Both the position numbers and the translations under genes were made by a program. This document shows, in pieces, positions 24,041 to 38,000 of a stretch of DNA of 64,000 bases; the stretch's first letter is position 1, and the number at the start of each line of letters is the position of its first letter. The notes beneath the pieces were generated by a model. It saw nothing but the letters and a program-made list of their open reading frames with translations. It was not told where the DNA came from and did no database searches. Source of the DNA: Ylistrum balloti (lineage: Eukaryota); the NCBI RefSeq assembly GCF_031769215.1, contig NW_026782081.1:2232001-2296000 (forward strand). The letters run 5' to 3'.

Positions 24041-27000
24041 TTAATATTCTGGTTTGTGAGCCTTGACGGTTTTATCGATATCGGGATCCAGAAATTCTTT
24101 ACCAGACAAGTCGAAGTAGTTGGTGCACTCTTTAATTGCCGAGTTTGGTACCTTTGATATGAAGCAATTAGAAATATATTGTCATGGATATATATACATA
24201 TTTCACGTTGAAAAAAGACATTTCAAAATCGACAGCTTGGGCTCGTAACTTTGAAAACAATGAAAATGACAGATTTTTAAAAATAACATTAATTTGAACC
24301 TGTTTCTAAGTACATATTATTCATGTAATGATATGTGTACTATTTTATCATTGCCTTGTAAAGTTAAGATATCACCAGAGTTATCGCCCTTTACTCAATT
24401 TCATTTGTAATTATGCAAAAATCAAAGCAACGACTTTGGTGAGAAACGGTATATTCTTTCTACTTCTATTGAGCACACCGAGATGAAATGGCCGAGTATA
24501 CATACCTTTTCCAGCGGCGTGTACTGTGGATGATGATGAGGGTACAATGCGTCGTTGGACTTGAGGTTGTACGAAAACAAGAGTACCCAACGGCGGGTAT
24601 CACTATTGTTAACGTCGCTGGTGTGGAGCAAATTACAGCTGAAGAATATTGCGTCACCTGTAACAAAACAATGTCATATAAAACAAAAAACGACACATAT
24701 CATGGAGTCTACTTGATATGACGAAAAGTCGTTTATGTTTATTTATGATGGAAAGATGTCATTAGAAAATGAATCTTAATGTTTGGAAAATCTCTAATTG
24801 TATGTTATTGTTTTCATTTATATACATATTTATATATTACAACCGTTTATATATTACAGCTGTTTATATATAACAATCGTTTATATATTACAACCGTTTA
24901 TATATTCAGAAGAACGAAAATAAAATGCTGCGCGATTTGCCCACTTAAGATGGAAGATGAGGCATGGGCTGCGTTTTAGTATATGTGTTTACCAAATTAA
25001 GCTTAAATTGTTTATTGTATGGCAGTTACTATACAGAAGCCGATACATTTATTTTATGATGTATCGTCAAATATGTGCTTTGTAAAATGGAAACGGTTTT
25101 GAAATGATATCGTAGAAACAAAGAAATAAGCCAGATGCGAATCGAACTACACGGAAGATACCAGAAAATTTTATATAACACAAAATGTGAACCATTGACC
25201 AAAATGTGTTGTACCCGGGTTCATTTCTACATATTCCAAGGGACAGATTCGCTTGATGTCTTTAACTCTGTCTAGGTCGGCTTGGTGTTGTCCTCCCTGA
25301 GGTAAGTGATCGATACGACCACATTTGTGGGAACCTCGCAGGATCTGCAAATATATCAAAATTATGTGACAAATTTACATACTAGGTTAACGCACTAATC
25401 AACTAATGTTTGTTACAGTTAGGTATACTGTAAATATACTTGGTATGTGTTCACCGACCAACAGTGTTCAGCCCGAAATATTAAACTGGTAGGTATGTTG
25501 CCAAGCAGAAAAAAATCGCTGGTAGTTAAAAGAAACAATTTCGGATTTGCCCTTTCAATTGGAAATGATAAATAACCGTATTGGAATTTGTTGGCTTTAC
25601 TTTTTTCCCCGTTAAATAATTAAACCTCTTACAAGTCCTTTATGCTTACATATGGTTTTATTTGTCATTCATAGAAAGTATGTGTGCTGTTATGCATCAC
25701 GTGGTCAGTGGTTTACTTAAAGTGTACCCTGAGAGTAATTTTATATTTAGATATAATGTTAAGAATGCCGTAAAAATAATAATAATGAAAACCCCGTCAA
25801 AATCCGTTGCCCCAGTGTCGAGTTATTAAAGCTCAAAGTTGTCGATTTTCACCTGTCCGCCCAGACCTAATCAGCCGAATCGTCATTTCCGCGGAATCGA
25901 GGCTCTTCTACTCGTGACGTCATAAGTTCAACAGAAATGGCAGTCAACATGACTGACAGTGGCAACGACACCGCAACTGAGAGCGATTTGAGCATGAGTT
26001 TTGAGGAATCTGATTATGGTGTGAATGATATGTCTGAATTGATTGGTACGTACTTCACTGGGTCTCACCAGTAGTCGTGAAAGTAGTCGAACAGTGAATC
26101 GTCGTTTCAAAGAAACAAAATAAAATTGGGTGTGATTTTGGACTAATTTTACTATCTTCAAGTCTCGATTCACAATTTCTGACGTCGGGAAATCGCGTTT
26201 GTGCAAGACTATGCATACATTCACGAGGTGTCGGGAATTTTCTTACCGAAGAAGTTTCGTCCGAGGGGAATTTTTCTTTCCAGGGAATTTTCGTAGCACT
26301 ATGGATATATATAGATAGGGTGTCAACAACCAATTATAACACCCTCCGCTGTGTTAATAATAAAAATTTGATGTTTTAGAAGTTTAAACAATTATTTGAC
26401 TGGTTTTCACCCTGGCACTGGTACGCGTCTGTTGTTAGCCGATAGGCGTGTCGCCTCACAGGTGTCACAATTGTTTTTTCCAGCCACGGAGGTGCTAATT
26501 ACCTAACCTGGCACAGGTGTGATTATGAGTTTAGATGACATCTCTACACTGTGAACTGTGTTTTCAAATCAAGATTGGTGATCTTATTGTTATTTTTACG
26601 ATCGCAAAATTAATAACTAAACAACATCGTCTGCTGGAAGATCTAAAAACCAAATACACCTTATACAAACAACATACACACATAACCTATTCTATAAATT
26701 CTAATAATTCTATTCTATACTATATAATAGTAGTATGAAAATTCTCGGGGTGAAAATTCCCGTGACCCATTCACGACTAGGCCTTCTCCGAATATTAGGC
26801 GTTCACGATTACGAAGGAATAATATTCCTATGACCGCCCAAGTCATAGGCTAGCCTATCAATTTAAAATGTTTAGTTGTAGAATTAATAACAAAATATCA
26901 ACCTAACAAATATACTTTTAATTAAACAAAAATCAGTTTTATTTATCGACGTCATGCATCGACACCCCATCCGTGTTAGTGTTAGGACAACCATACACAC

Positions 27001-30000
27001 CGCTTCCCTCCTCGATAGGAAGCCATTTTAGCGGATTTAAGCGCTAATTCACCGACCCCTCGTTCACTACCTTAGATATTGCGAAGATGTGAAGTACTTT
27101 CACGTAAATAAACAAAGAAATTACCACGGAAAATTCCAAAATAGATCACAATCATATGTAGCACAGTAAAGACAATATGGCTGCATCAACAAAAGCGTTG
27201 AACTTAGGACGTCACAGGTTTGGGTGCCCGAAAACGAGGTCAACGCCTCTCAGCCAAAGGTGTGTTTTTCAGAAAAGTCGCAATTTCTCAGTAACGGAAC
27301 ATTCCACGGCATTCGCGTTTCGGCATAGTGTATTTTATGTGCAGAACTATTTTTCAAGGTCAACATAGCTGACCTCTCAGGGTACACTTTAAGTATACAA
27401 ATTAAAATCATAATGGGAAAATATGTCATGGTGATGCACTTAAAGACAGCTATATGTAATGAATTGACTGGACGCGAAACAATACCTGTAGGCAACCATT
27501 AGCCTTGTCACACTTGTCCACAGCAATAAAGGCCGTCAACAGGTCAGGAAATAAAATGCTGTTCTGGTACCAATACCTACATATGTGAAATAATAACCTA
27601 TACTAGTATTGTGTCGAGAAACTTATTCGTTTTTATCATATAGTCCTCAGACAAAATTTGTCTTAATTTCAAATAGATATTACAGAAGTGTGATTTACCC
27701 GTAGTCCTGATGCCATAATAAACCTCCCCCAGTACGTGCGTCCTTTTGTACAAACTTGGCATGATAGTGGTAAATCTCTCCTCCTCCTAATAACTGAAAA
27801 AGGGGCAGATTTTCTAGAATTCAATAACGCTTTTTTATGTCTGCAGAAACCGAATAAATCTTTCCACATTTTGAAGATATCATTATCTTTTATTGTCAAA
27901 AATTGTACAGAAAAAGAGAAAAAGGAAAATAAAATATGAAAAGTATACTGCTTTCAGTCATTATATTCTGGTAACGTCTTAGATACGTAAACAAATAAAA
28001 AGAGAAGAAAAGGCAAAACAGGTTGGAACTCTCCTCAGATGAATAACATTAAATCGTTTTACCTCTCAGCAAGCGCTCAGATATTGCCCATTACGTGATG
28101 AAAAAAATACCAGAAACCGGTATTTGTGGTTCATGTGTTAAAGATTGTTTTTTATGAAACTGAAGCGCATTATTAAGAAAACACGACTACTCACCTTTTC
28201 ACTGGTATTTACGACTTTCTCACTTCTAGCAACCATTCCAGTGACGTCATTTCCGGGATGCCCCCAAATTACAAATTTGGGTTCTTTTCCAGTTCCGTCG
28301 GGTAACTATATAAATGAAAGCGTAATTTCGTGACAAGATGCCTAAACATTGTACTCTAGTTATACATATAAGATAAATTTCCAATGATAAAGATCCTAGT
28401 CCAATAGGTTTAAAAGTAAAAAGGATTAATTCGTAGTCGTAAATGCCTGCTAATAGCACGAATAAAATCATCAGCGTTTGAATATCAATTCAGTATTTCA
28501 GGGACCTCCATTATATCTTTCTTTTGATTATAACTTGCACTCATTTTATCGACTTTGAATTAAAATAATTCATTTTATTGACATGTAGGTTTTTTTTGGG
28601 TACTTTGGGCATATTTTGGCCAATATAGGTTTTGGGAAGCCCTCATCCAAGTCTATACATGACCATAAATAATATTTTACGTTGCCTGACAATGCAGTTC
28701 ACAACTCAGTGAAGCATTGCTGACGAGTGTTTTTATGACATACCCCGTATCCATATTTGCTTCTCATTTCAGAATCTTCCAATACTTTCTTCACTTTGCT
28801 CATTTCTTCACTGTCAAGGAATCCGCTGACAATATACATCAAGATAATATTATCGTAGAAAGATTACATGCATGTTTCATAAAAATGTCATGATAGGGTA
28901 TTTTTGAGTTTTCATTGGCTGCATGTTTGTTTGACAGAGGAAGTTAACAACAGAATATTGACAGATCGCACATTTATAACAAAAAGCGACATAAAAGTTA
29001 TATTTAGTTCGTGTCAAATCCATACCATGTTAGATGTGCTTGTAAATCCAAGAATTCCCCAGGTAATGGGCAGAAGCCCAAGTTACCATCTGAGAGTTAT
29101 CTAAGATTAACATATTTATAACGTAGATTTTGATGTCGTAGAAACTCACCGAATCATAATATATCCATGCTTGTTATAATCCGCTAGCATTTGCTCCGTC
29201 ACCTCGAATTTATCAGGGTCATACTGATACTCTGAAATGTACGAATACCTAGACTAAAGAACACTAGTTCTACAAACCGAGGCGAACACAGGAGGACTTA
29301 ATAATGAACCAAACTTCATCTTAATCTGTTTCTTCCTTTCAGTAATGCATTTTCATTTATCTGATAATTTTTTAAGAACATCAAGTATATATACGAATAC
29401 AAACGTTGGGTGTACGTAACAGCGAACCTCTGGAACTTAATGTTTCCCAGCAGTGACTTCCACCCGCGATCTCGAAGACTGACCAAAAGACACACATTTA
29501 GCATTCGATACAGTATGATTTATTAAAGAATTAATTATTTTCATATTCCACTATGAATTAACTTATTACATTAAAATTTATAGAATTAATTATCTTTTTA
29601 ATTATGTAACGGATGCACAACGCATCTACTGGTAAAACATATATATAGGTGTATCTGCTTGTGTGTGTGGGGAGGAGGAGAGTAAATGATTTGCACGATT
29701 TGGGAGTATATGAAAAGACCTTTTCAGAAAAAAATGCACCATATTACATCTCTATAGATATGAACAGTTACCGCGGACAAAAGTGTCATGTTATACTACA
29801 GGATCATTTATGATACTTGTAACAAAACATTACAATACTAGGTCTACTTTAATTGTAGACAGATACATAAATCAGAAAAATCTGTCTGTAAGCTTTCACA
29901 CACTTGCTCTTCAAGAACCCTGTTCTTGTTTTTTCCCTTTCATATCCAATACTGGCAGAAAATGAATAATTTTGTGTTGATGATGGTGTCAGAGAGCCAG

Positions 30001-30724
30001 TGATGAATTCAAGCAAAGCTTTGGTAAATCATTAGCTTGAGATAAAAGTGTTTCATGAAAGGTTAATGAAAAAGGCCAAAATCCTGGATTATTATCCAAG
30101 GAACTGGATTTAGGCAGCCTTCCTCGCCTGAGGAGTGTTAGATTGACCCTGTATTACCAGTGCATTGACCTGATGGCAGTGATCTGGATAATATAACTAG
30201 ATTTTTCTGGTTATATAACTTAAAGATAAATTTCAGCACACCTTATCTGAAGCAGAACGATAACTAACTGAAAAACAGTCTTCACGCCATTAAAACACAA
30301 TCAAAGGTACTGAGACATTGTAATGTATATGACTTTGCCCTATCAAGGCAGCGAGCGCCCATGACCTCAGTGACAAGATTGTTACAGGTTGAATGTCGTG
30401 CTGTTACGTAACATACCACAACAGTAAACAAATCACTCCCGAGACGCTGCTTCAGTGGCATAATCTGACATAAGAGTTTACCGAGAAATAAAACATTTGT
30501 TTTTATTCATTGCTTGTAACATTGCAATAAACGTTTATTCAACAATAACCAAACGTTCCCGGCGTATAATATCGGTTCAACTGTTTATGTTGGAATTATC
30601 TTAAAAGCAAATACATTTAGAGAAGAGAGGTTTTAGTGATTCATTTACTCAAATTGGTTATAATTATCTTGTCATATAAAGTCACTAGCATTACATATTT
30701 ACCTGCACTAGTCAATTCCATCAT
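24041..30724 (-). CDS. PhyH-family 2-oxoglutarate/Fe(II) dioxygenase (L-proline trans-4-hydroxylase / ectoine hydroxylase-like), 291 aa, intact
   Basis: Nine exons: 30724-30703, 29231-29150, 28825-28744, 28305-28195, 27793-27699, 27576-27486, 25344-25215, 24657-24506 and 24151-24041 (876 nt, all GT-AG, phases consistent). Motifs: EIYHYHAKFVQK, LWHQDYGYWY (HxD), [46 protein letters not shown] (distal His), RRW, HHHPQYTPL. Confidence 0.93.
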
Positions 30725-33700
30725 TTAAATTTTAACAGCGGACGATTGTACCTAAAACAAAGAATGTATATATAGTCCAGTCAATAAAACAGGACAAAAT
30801 TGCAACCGTAATTATCTTTTGTTTTTCATCATGGCCGGAAATTATGTAATCACAAGAAAAATAGTTTACCGAAGCGTAATATCTACATGGATAATACAGG
30901 ACATTGTGTTGATAACATTGCAAGACAGTACAAAATGAAATAGATAAATCAGTAGTACTTATTGCATAGAAAACATACTGCGCCATGAATATTGCTTTAA
31001 AAACATCCAAATTGTTCTATAATCTGGACATAATGTCATTATGAATACTAGCTAAGCATAAATGCATTATCTTATACTATGTGTCTTGCAATTTCTGAAA
31101 TGAGGGATTTTGCTTTCATACATTAAAAGTTCAGAGTTGGCATGTTTGTATGATTGAGAGCTATTATCAGCCAAAATAAAGCGATATTCCAATTTATCCT
31201 GATTATATTTAAGCTGTGCTTAAGCAGAAATAACATTTTGTACAAGAAAATAAATGATGGAGTCGGGTTGTTGAAATCACTAACTATTGCAAATTTGAGC
31301 GCACCTTTAAAAGTAGCGACGTCCATCATTTTGAACAACATGAATGTGTATATTTGTTTTATCTAATTGTTAAATTTTTGGAATTTCCATGATAAAATTG
31401 CCCTTATGTTTATGATAAGTTATGGTTTATGTGATATTTTCTATTTAAAATCCCTTTTCTCTTTAAATACAGTACAGATACAGTGTGAGGTGTTATTATG
31501 TAATTTTGAATAAAATCAAACAAAATCACGGTTACAATTGCTTTTCTAGCAATATCATCATGGCATGACCTGCACGAAATATACATTTTTGTTATTCAGG
31601 TCCATTTGTACTGTTTGGGGCGAAATTGCATGTGATGAATCTTTCACCAGGAGGGCTATCTATGGGAGCCCATCTTACCATAATCATCATTTTCAATAAG
31701 TGGTTTACCTAAACAAATGGATATGTAATGCTTTTATGCATTTGCTTATTCTAATTCAAATTACAGGTTGCAAAAAAGTTATTTCGTTCGAGTTGAAAAA
31801 AAATCAACACTAAAATAGCACAGAGGGTATTTGATGGCCAATATTTTGTTTTCATCTGAATGTACCATTGGTCATGTATGGGAATTGAATTGAATGATAT
31901 ATAAAGAAGCTTGATAGACTCTCAAAATGTTGTTAAAATTAATAGTAGCTTTTTATATTAAAAAAAAAACACTGCAAAAGTGTCTCAGTCATATTTAGAT
32001 TTATATGCAATACTACAAGCAAAATGTTTAATTATCAAAAGTTTATATGCTAGTTAATTAAATTATTAAAAAAAATTGTGCTAGACATAAGTCAGATGTT
32101 TCATCATAATGTATCTGCCAGAATTAATTTATTACTGACATCTACTGTGATCAATTTTGTATTGGCCAGTGGCCAGAGGCATTCTGTCATTGCTGATCTA
32201 CTACACATGTTCATGTATTTAATTCGTTCCCTGGTCATTACCCGAGGCCTATCTTAGCAGTCTGTATGAAGGTCAGCCTTATCTTGTTGTAAACAGCAAA
32301 ATCTATTGACATTTATGTGTCACAAACTCATATATTATTCAATCCTTGATAACCTGTGTAATGTGTAATATTACTTTATTAACAATTTTAGTATAAATAC
32401 GACCACATTTCTAGCCAGTAGGTATCGGTTCCTAAAGGGAAGAGCGGAGGCCAGACAGGTGAAAGGCTAGTCTCCAATGGCGGGACGCCCGCTCGCTCGA
32501 GCTGTTGCCCGAGCAAGAACATCGGTAAATGATGATTATTGTAGGTAGTTTACATGTATATTGTATATAAATTCATGCAGAGATTATAATACATCCAACA
32601 AGAACTGGACTTTTTCATTACCAGCTCTACGATTTCTACATCGGATGAAACATTTCACAAGTTTTCATTATAATATTTTGTTCAATATGCATGTGCGGTC
32701 TTCATTTATAGTTGATTTTATAATATTGTTTGATACAATGAGAAAACGTCATACTCCAAATGTCGTTAAATAGGCATTTCCCCCTTTTACCTAAAGTTTG
32801 ATTTCGATAGACATTTTTTTCTGCTTCAAATATTAAAAAAAGTCTGTTGCAAGTATTTTCTGTTTTGGTTGTAATGATATACAGTTTGTATGATTTGAAA
32901 GGGCTTGTACAAAGAGTCCACGAGAGCAGTGATTTGTGTGTCCATGCTAATGATAAACACCTGTAAGAGGTTTATCGGGGACAAACATTTGCTAAACAAA
33001 CAATTTACTTTAACTTGCTTGAGCGTGATTTCTAAGCAAATATAACATATTCAATATTTAAGTGTTAGATTTAATTAAATACCTTTGAGTAATTCTATAA
33101 TTCCTAGCAGACCTTAGCGATGCGTCCCAAGTCTTCAAATATTGATCACACCCACTTCGATCTCGTGTTCTGTAGGCTTGGATATAGCTGTGCAAATCGG
33201 AGTCACAGACATACTAGAGTGAAGTTATTACACCGATATCTGTGTATAACTGTATGCGCTGCTTCCTCACGTGGCTCGGGTGTATATATTTACCTACGTA
33301 GAACATGTTTAACATCGCCATAGCGATGATGAACAGTGACGAACACCTATTAGTGCTTTACGCAGAGTTCTGAATACTAACGACGGTGTTGACTGCGACC
33401 GCAGGCAAAATACCAAAACATCAATCTTCATCATTCGAGATTTTCCTCCCCATATTTTCATCAACCTGTATCTTTTGAAACAATGTGTTGTGAATTTGTC
33501 GGTCAGTTGAAAACATTTTGCATGAAAATCGTGATTTTGGGACCAGGTCCCGGATTTTCCTATTGTAAATATTCCATTCTAAAGAGCCATATTCATGTAG
33601 TCTCAATATATACTGTTTACATATTCAAAGGTATATTCTCAATATAACGATTTTCGTTCAAGATGTCGGCAAACTCACCGCGCATGGTTTCGATTGATGC

Positions 33701-35001
33701 AAGTTGATAAAAATGATGGAGAAGTTTTATACTCATCATAATAACTTCATTGGAAAATATTCCATTTCCTTATGTGAAATGGAATAGGCCATATTTGAAG
33801 CTCAATACGATTATGATTAAGATGAAAACCACAAAACGTCCCGATCATTTTCATCAATTTTAATCTCTCTAATCTACCAGGTCGTTATCGCTGTCTTTCT
33901 TGGAAATCGTTTTATCAGGAACATGAAAATAATTATGTTATTCATATGTTATTCATACGACTTCATGAGAAATGTCAGTTTTGGCTGCATTGTAGAAGAA
34001 TGTTTTTGCTTGTTGGATTTAAGACCCTGTGAATAGTCAGAGTCATTTTAGGCGATGTCCGCATGTAGTATCTGGTTGCTACCTAATCGTTTCCTTCGTT
34101 TGCGTCTCTTCTAGGTATATCAGATGAACTCTTTCAAAGTTTCAAAAAAAATTACAAATATAATATAAATATTCGATAGAGTTGGCAAGGTAATTGTGAC
34201 CCTTTCTTAATTAACTTAAATTAATAAATTAAGTGCCGTCTTTCCTAAAATGCCATAATGAAAATGTACATATCCTTGTCATTAAGATACCATATCCTAG
34301 TATATAATTTATTCTTAACAAATGAAAGTTAATCTATCAGTCAACCGTCTACTATATTATAGATAGCCATATTTGTTTTGCATTCGGATCTCTCTGATTC
34401 TATTGTGTATTAATTACATCCGACAAGTAAAATCCAGAGAAATTTACACTCGGTTACTTGTATTTGTGTCACGTATTTGATTGCTTGATTGCTATGATAA
34501 ATAGTTAGAAACTGTGGAGCTTCAAGAAGAGCAATTTTACTTCTCCCACAAAACGGTTGTTCTCTTATAACCGGATATTCGACATGATTACGTGCAATTT
34601 CATTATGGAATCAGCTGCAGAGGTAACTATCTAATAACATTTTTATAAACAGATAATTACTCTTACTTAGATTTCATCACTACATTATAGTTCTAGTCCC
34701 CACTATTCGCCAATATTCTCCATTTGACATATATTTAGTCATATCTTAGGTAGATAGGATTTCAATATAAATTGTATTTGATGTTCTCACCCAAATTCGC
34801 CAATAAACCCCAACAATAGCTAATCCACAATGTAAAAGTTTAAATGCAAAAGTAAACATTAGATAATGTTAATCAATATCCATTAAAATGGCCATAGTAT
34901 GGCAGCAATTCATCTCAAACATATCGGAGATTTTTTTTACATTTCAGCACTACTCTTGAAGGTGGAAGAACGTATAAACTCGCATGGTTAGCTCTTAATA
35001 T

Positions 35002-38000
35002 CTAAGCTTTACACAAACCACAAAAGTTTTTACAGTATGCAACCGCTAGAGTATGAACAGAACAGATGTGGATTTCTGCCATGAACTCGCAACGAATCCC
35101 AGGTTTGTCACTACACGACTGCACGACACCTTAAAAAAAAATATCGTCATAGACAAAACTAATTTGATGACAACGCACAGTAAACGTAGAAATCTGTACC
35201 CAACAGGTTAATTTTAACCAATTTTGCATCACTGAAACGTGTATACCGTATAGATAGTAATTTCCAAGGGTCAAAATTATCACGATTTCCTTTAAAAACA
35301 ATTCGAATTATAATTTAACCGAATGCGATCTGGACCATAAAGAACACGTTAATGCTCTGCCAAATGGCAAATTATAACCTGATATACGATATCTATAGGC
35401 TATCTAAACATTTTAATTTTTTAACACTTATTCCATGAAATCTTTGCTCAATTGATGAATATTTTGTTCTAGTTATTGAAAAATTATTGTCATAATCCTT
35501 AAATAGCCCTAGCTATGCGAAATGAACCATGGCGTTTAAAATTGACACATGCAGATTACATATGTATACATATATATATATACATACTCGGTGACATTCC
35601 TGATGGAGAAGTATATGTTACTGGTGCAGGCGTCGGCGAAGTAGGTCTGGAAGAAGTATTAATAATTGGACCTGGAGAAGGTGGAGTTGGTTTAGGTGTA
35701 GTTTTGGTAAATGGAGCTGGTGTTGGCGGAGTTGGTCTAGGAGTGGTATTGATAACTGGAGCTGGAGTTGGTGGAGTTGGTCTAGGAGTGGTATTGATAA
35801 CTGGAGCTGGAGTAGGTGGATTTGGTCTAGGAGTGGTATTGATAACTGGAGCTGGAGTAGGCGGAGTTGGTCTAGGAGTGGTTTTGATAACTGGAGCTGG
35901 AGTTTGAGGAGTTGGTCTAGGAGTGGTATTGATGACTGGAGCTGGAGTAGGTGGAGTTGGTCTAGGAGTAGTTTTGGTGAATGGAGCTGGAGTAGGTGGA
36001 GTTGGTCTAGGAGTAGTTTTGGTGAATGGAGCTGGAGTTGGCGGAGTTGGTCTAGGAGTGGTATTGATAAAAGGAGCTGGAGTTGGCGGAGTTGGTCTAG
36101 GAGTGGTATTGATAACTGGAGCTGGCGTAGGCGGAGTTGGTCTAGGAGTGGTATTGATAACTGGAGCTGGAGTTGGCGGAGTTGGTCTAGGAGTGGTATT
36201 GATAACTGGAGCTGCAGTTGGCGGAGTTGGTCTAGGAGTGATATTGATAACTGGAGCTGGAGTTGGCGGAGTTGGTCTAGGAGTGGTATTGATAACTGGA
36301 GCCGGGGTTGGTCTAGGAGTGGTATTGATAACTGGAGCTGGAGTTGGCGGAGTTGGTCTGGGAGTGGTATTGATAACTGGAGCTTGAGTTGGCGGAGTTG
36401 GTCTAGGAGTGATATTGATAACTGGAGCTGGAGTAGGTGGAGTTGGTCTAGGAGTGGTATTGATAACTGGAGCTGGAGTAGGCGGAGTTGGTCTAGGAGT
36501 GGTATTGACAACTGGAGCTTGAGTTGGCGGAGTTGGTCTAGGAGTGGTATTGATAACTGGAGCTGGAGTAGGTGGAGTTGGTCTAGGAGTGGTATTGATA
36601 ACTGAAGCTGGAGTAGGCGGAGTTGGTCTAGGAGTGTTATTGATAACTGGAGCTTGAGTTTGCGGAGTTGGTCTAGGAGTGGTATTGATAACTGGAGCTG
36701 GAGTTGGCGGAGTTGGTCTAGGAGTGGTATTGATAACTGGAGCTGCAGTTGGCGGAGTTGGTCTAGGAGTGGTATTGGTAACTGGAGGTGGAGCAGGTTT
36801 AGTTAGTCTAGAAACAATCGATGATAATGGTGCTGGAGATGGGGGAGTAGGTACAGGAATTCTGTCCACCTCAGCTCTTGGTGTTGGCGTTTTTGGCAAG
36901 GGTGGTGCACGCGAATGAGGAGTCGTCGTTGTTGGGACTGCTGTTGAAAATTTGAACATTTCTGTCTCCCGACATGTCTGTGGGTTTGCTGATGTAGCGG
37001 TGGCTAGATGAAATGAGAAAAATATTTGGTATCACTCGTTAAGCCCATGAAAACAACTACAATTATGTACAATACAACAATGCGAAATGAAATGGTATAT
37101 TGTTTTGCGTACATGTTGTTATTAATACCCAAATGACATATCGATGGAGTGTTGTGCATCAAAATATTGTTATAGATTGTATTTAACTTGTACATTGAAC
37201 ATGTTTGATTACAACATATAAAAAATTCATGAAGACTGATTCAAGTTTTAAAAAGGATATTTCACCTGCAAACAGCAAACCTCATTTATCGTGATTTTAA
37301 GAGATATTAAATTACTACAAGGGATACTTCACCTGTACGTGGATTGCCGAATATATTGTTTCAAAAAATACTTTACCTGGAGGCGGTGTACCATACATAT
37401 TCTGATTGTTACACAAAGGGCCCTTGCAACATCTTGTCATCAGGACATCACCGTTACGTAGTCGTTTCCTCCTACTTCCGCTGACGACGTCACACACCTT
37501 TTGAATGGGTGAACATTATTTGAATCACTAATTTACATATGCCTAATTCATATGTATGAGAATACAGACAGTTAATATAAGTTATTCTTGCGTAGAGATT
37601 AAGACATCTTGAACTATAGTGATATAATTACTGTTAGTAGATATTGGGTCTTGATCTTAATATTTGATGTCGAGATTTTAATCACTTAGCAACACCATAC
37701 CTTTTTGGAGAGGCATTCTAATTTCATACTGGCATCAGGGTACAGTAGTGACGAAGAACACATCTGAAAATAAAAGAATATTATTGGTGTTGGAAACTTC
37801 AGCTTGGTACAATTATTTACATTATGAGCATATTTTTGTTTCAGCTTTGGAACTAACAAAATGTGTTTAATGAAGAATTATCTACCTGATCCTGACCGCA
37901 TTGCTTGATCGTTGTGCAGTTTTCTACTGTGGCGGCATTGCTACATGTTAGGCAAAAACGGTTCCAGGGGTCACTCTCTAAATCACAGAAAATATTATCG

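Noticed and set aside
30110-30140. CAGCCTTCCTCGCCTG, reminiscent of the HDV ribozyme P3/L3
   Set aside because: Loop length is wrong and no P1/P2 partners were found.
35515-36918. Plus-strand GAGVGGVGLGVVLIT and WSWSRSGIDN ORFs (silk- or elastin-like) and the minus-strand LQLQLSIPLLDQ ORF
   Set aside because: Alternative frames of the mucin repeat. The plus-strand frames are interrupted by stops, and only the Pro/Thr frame links by splice phase to the flanking exons.
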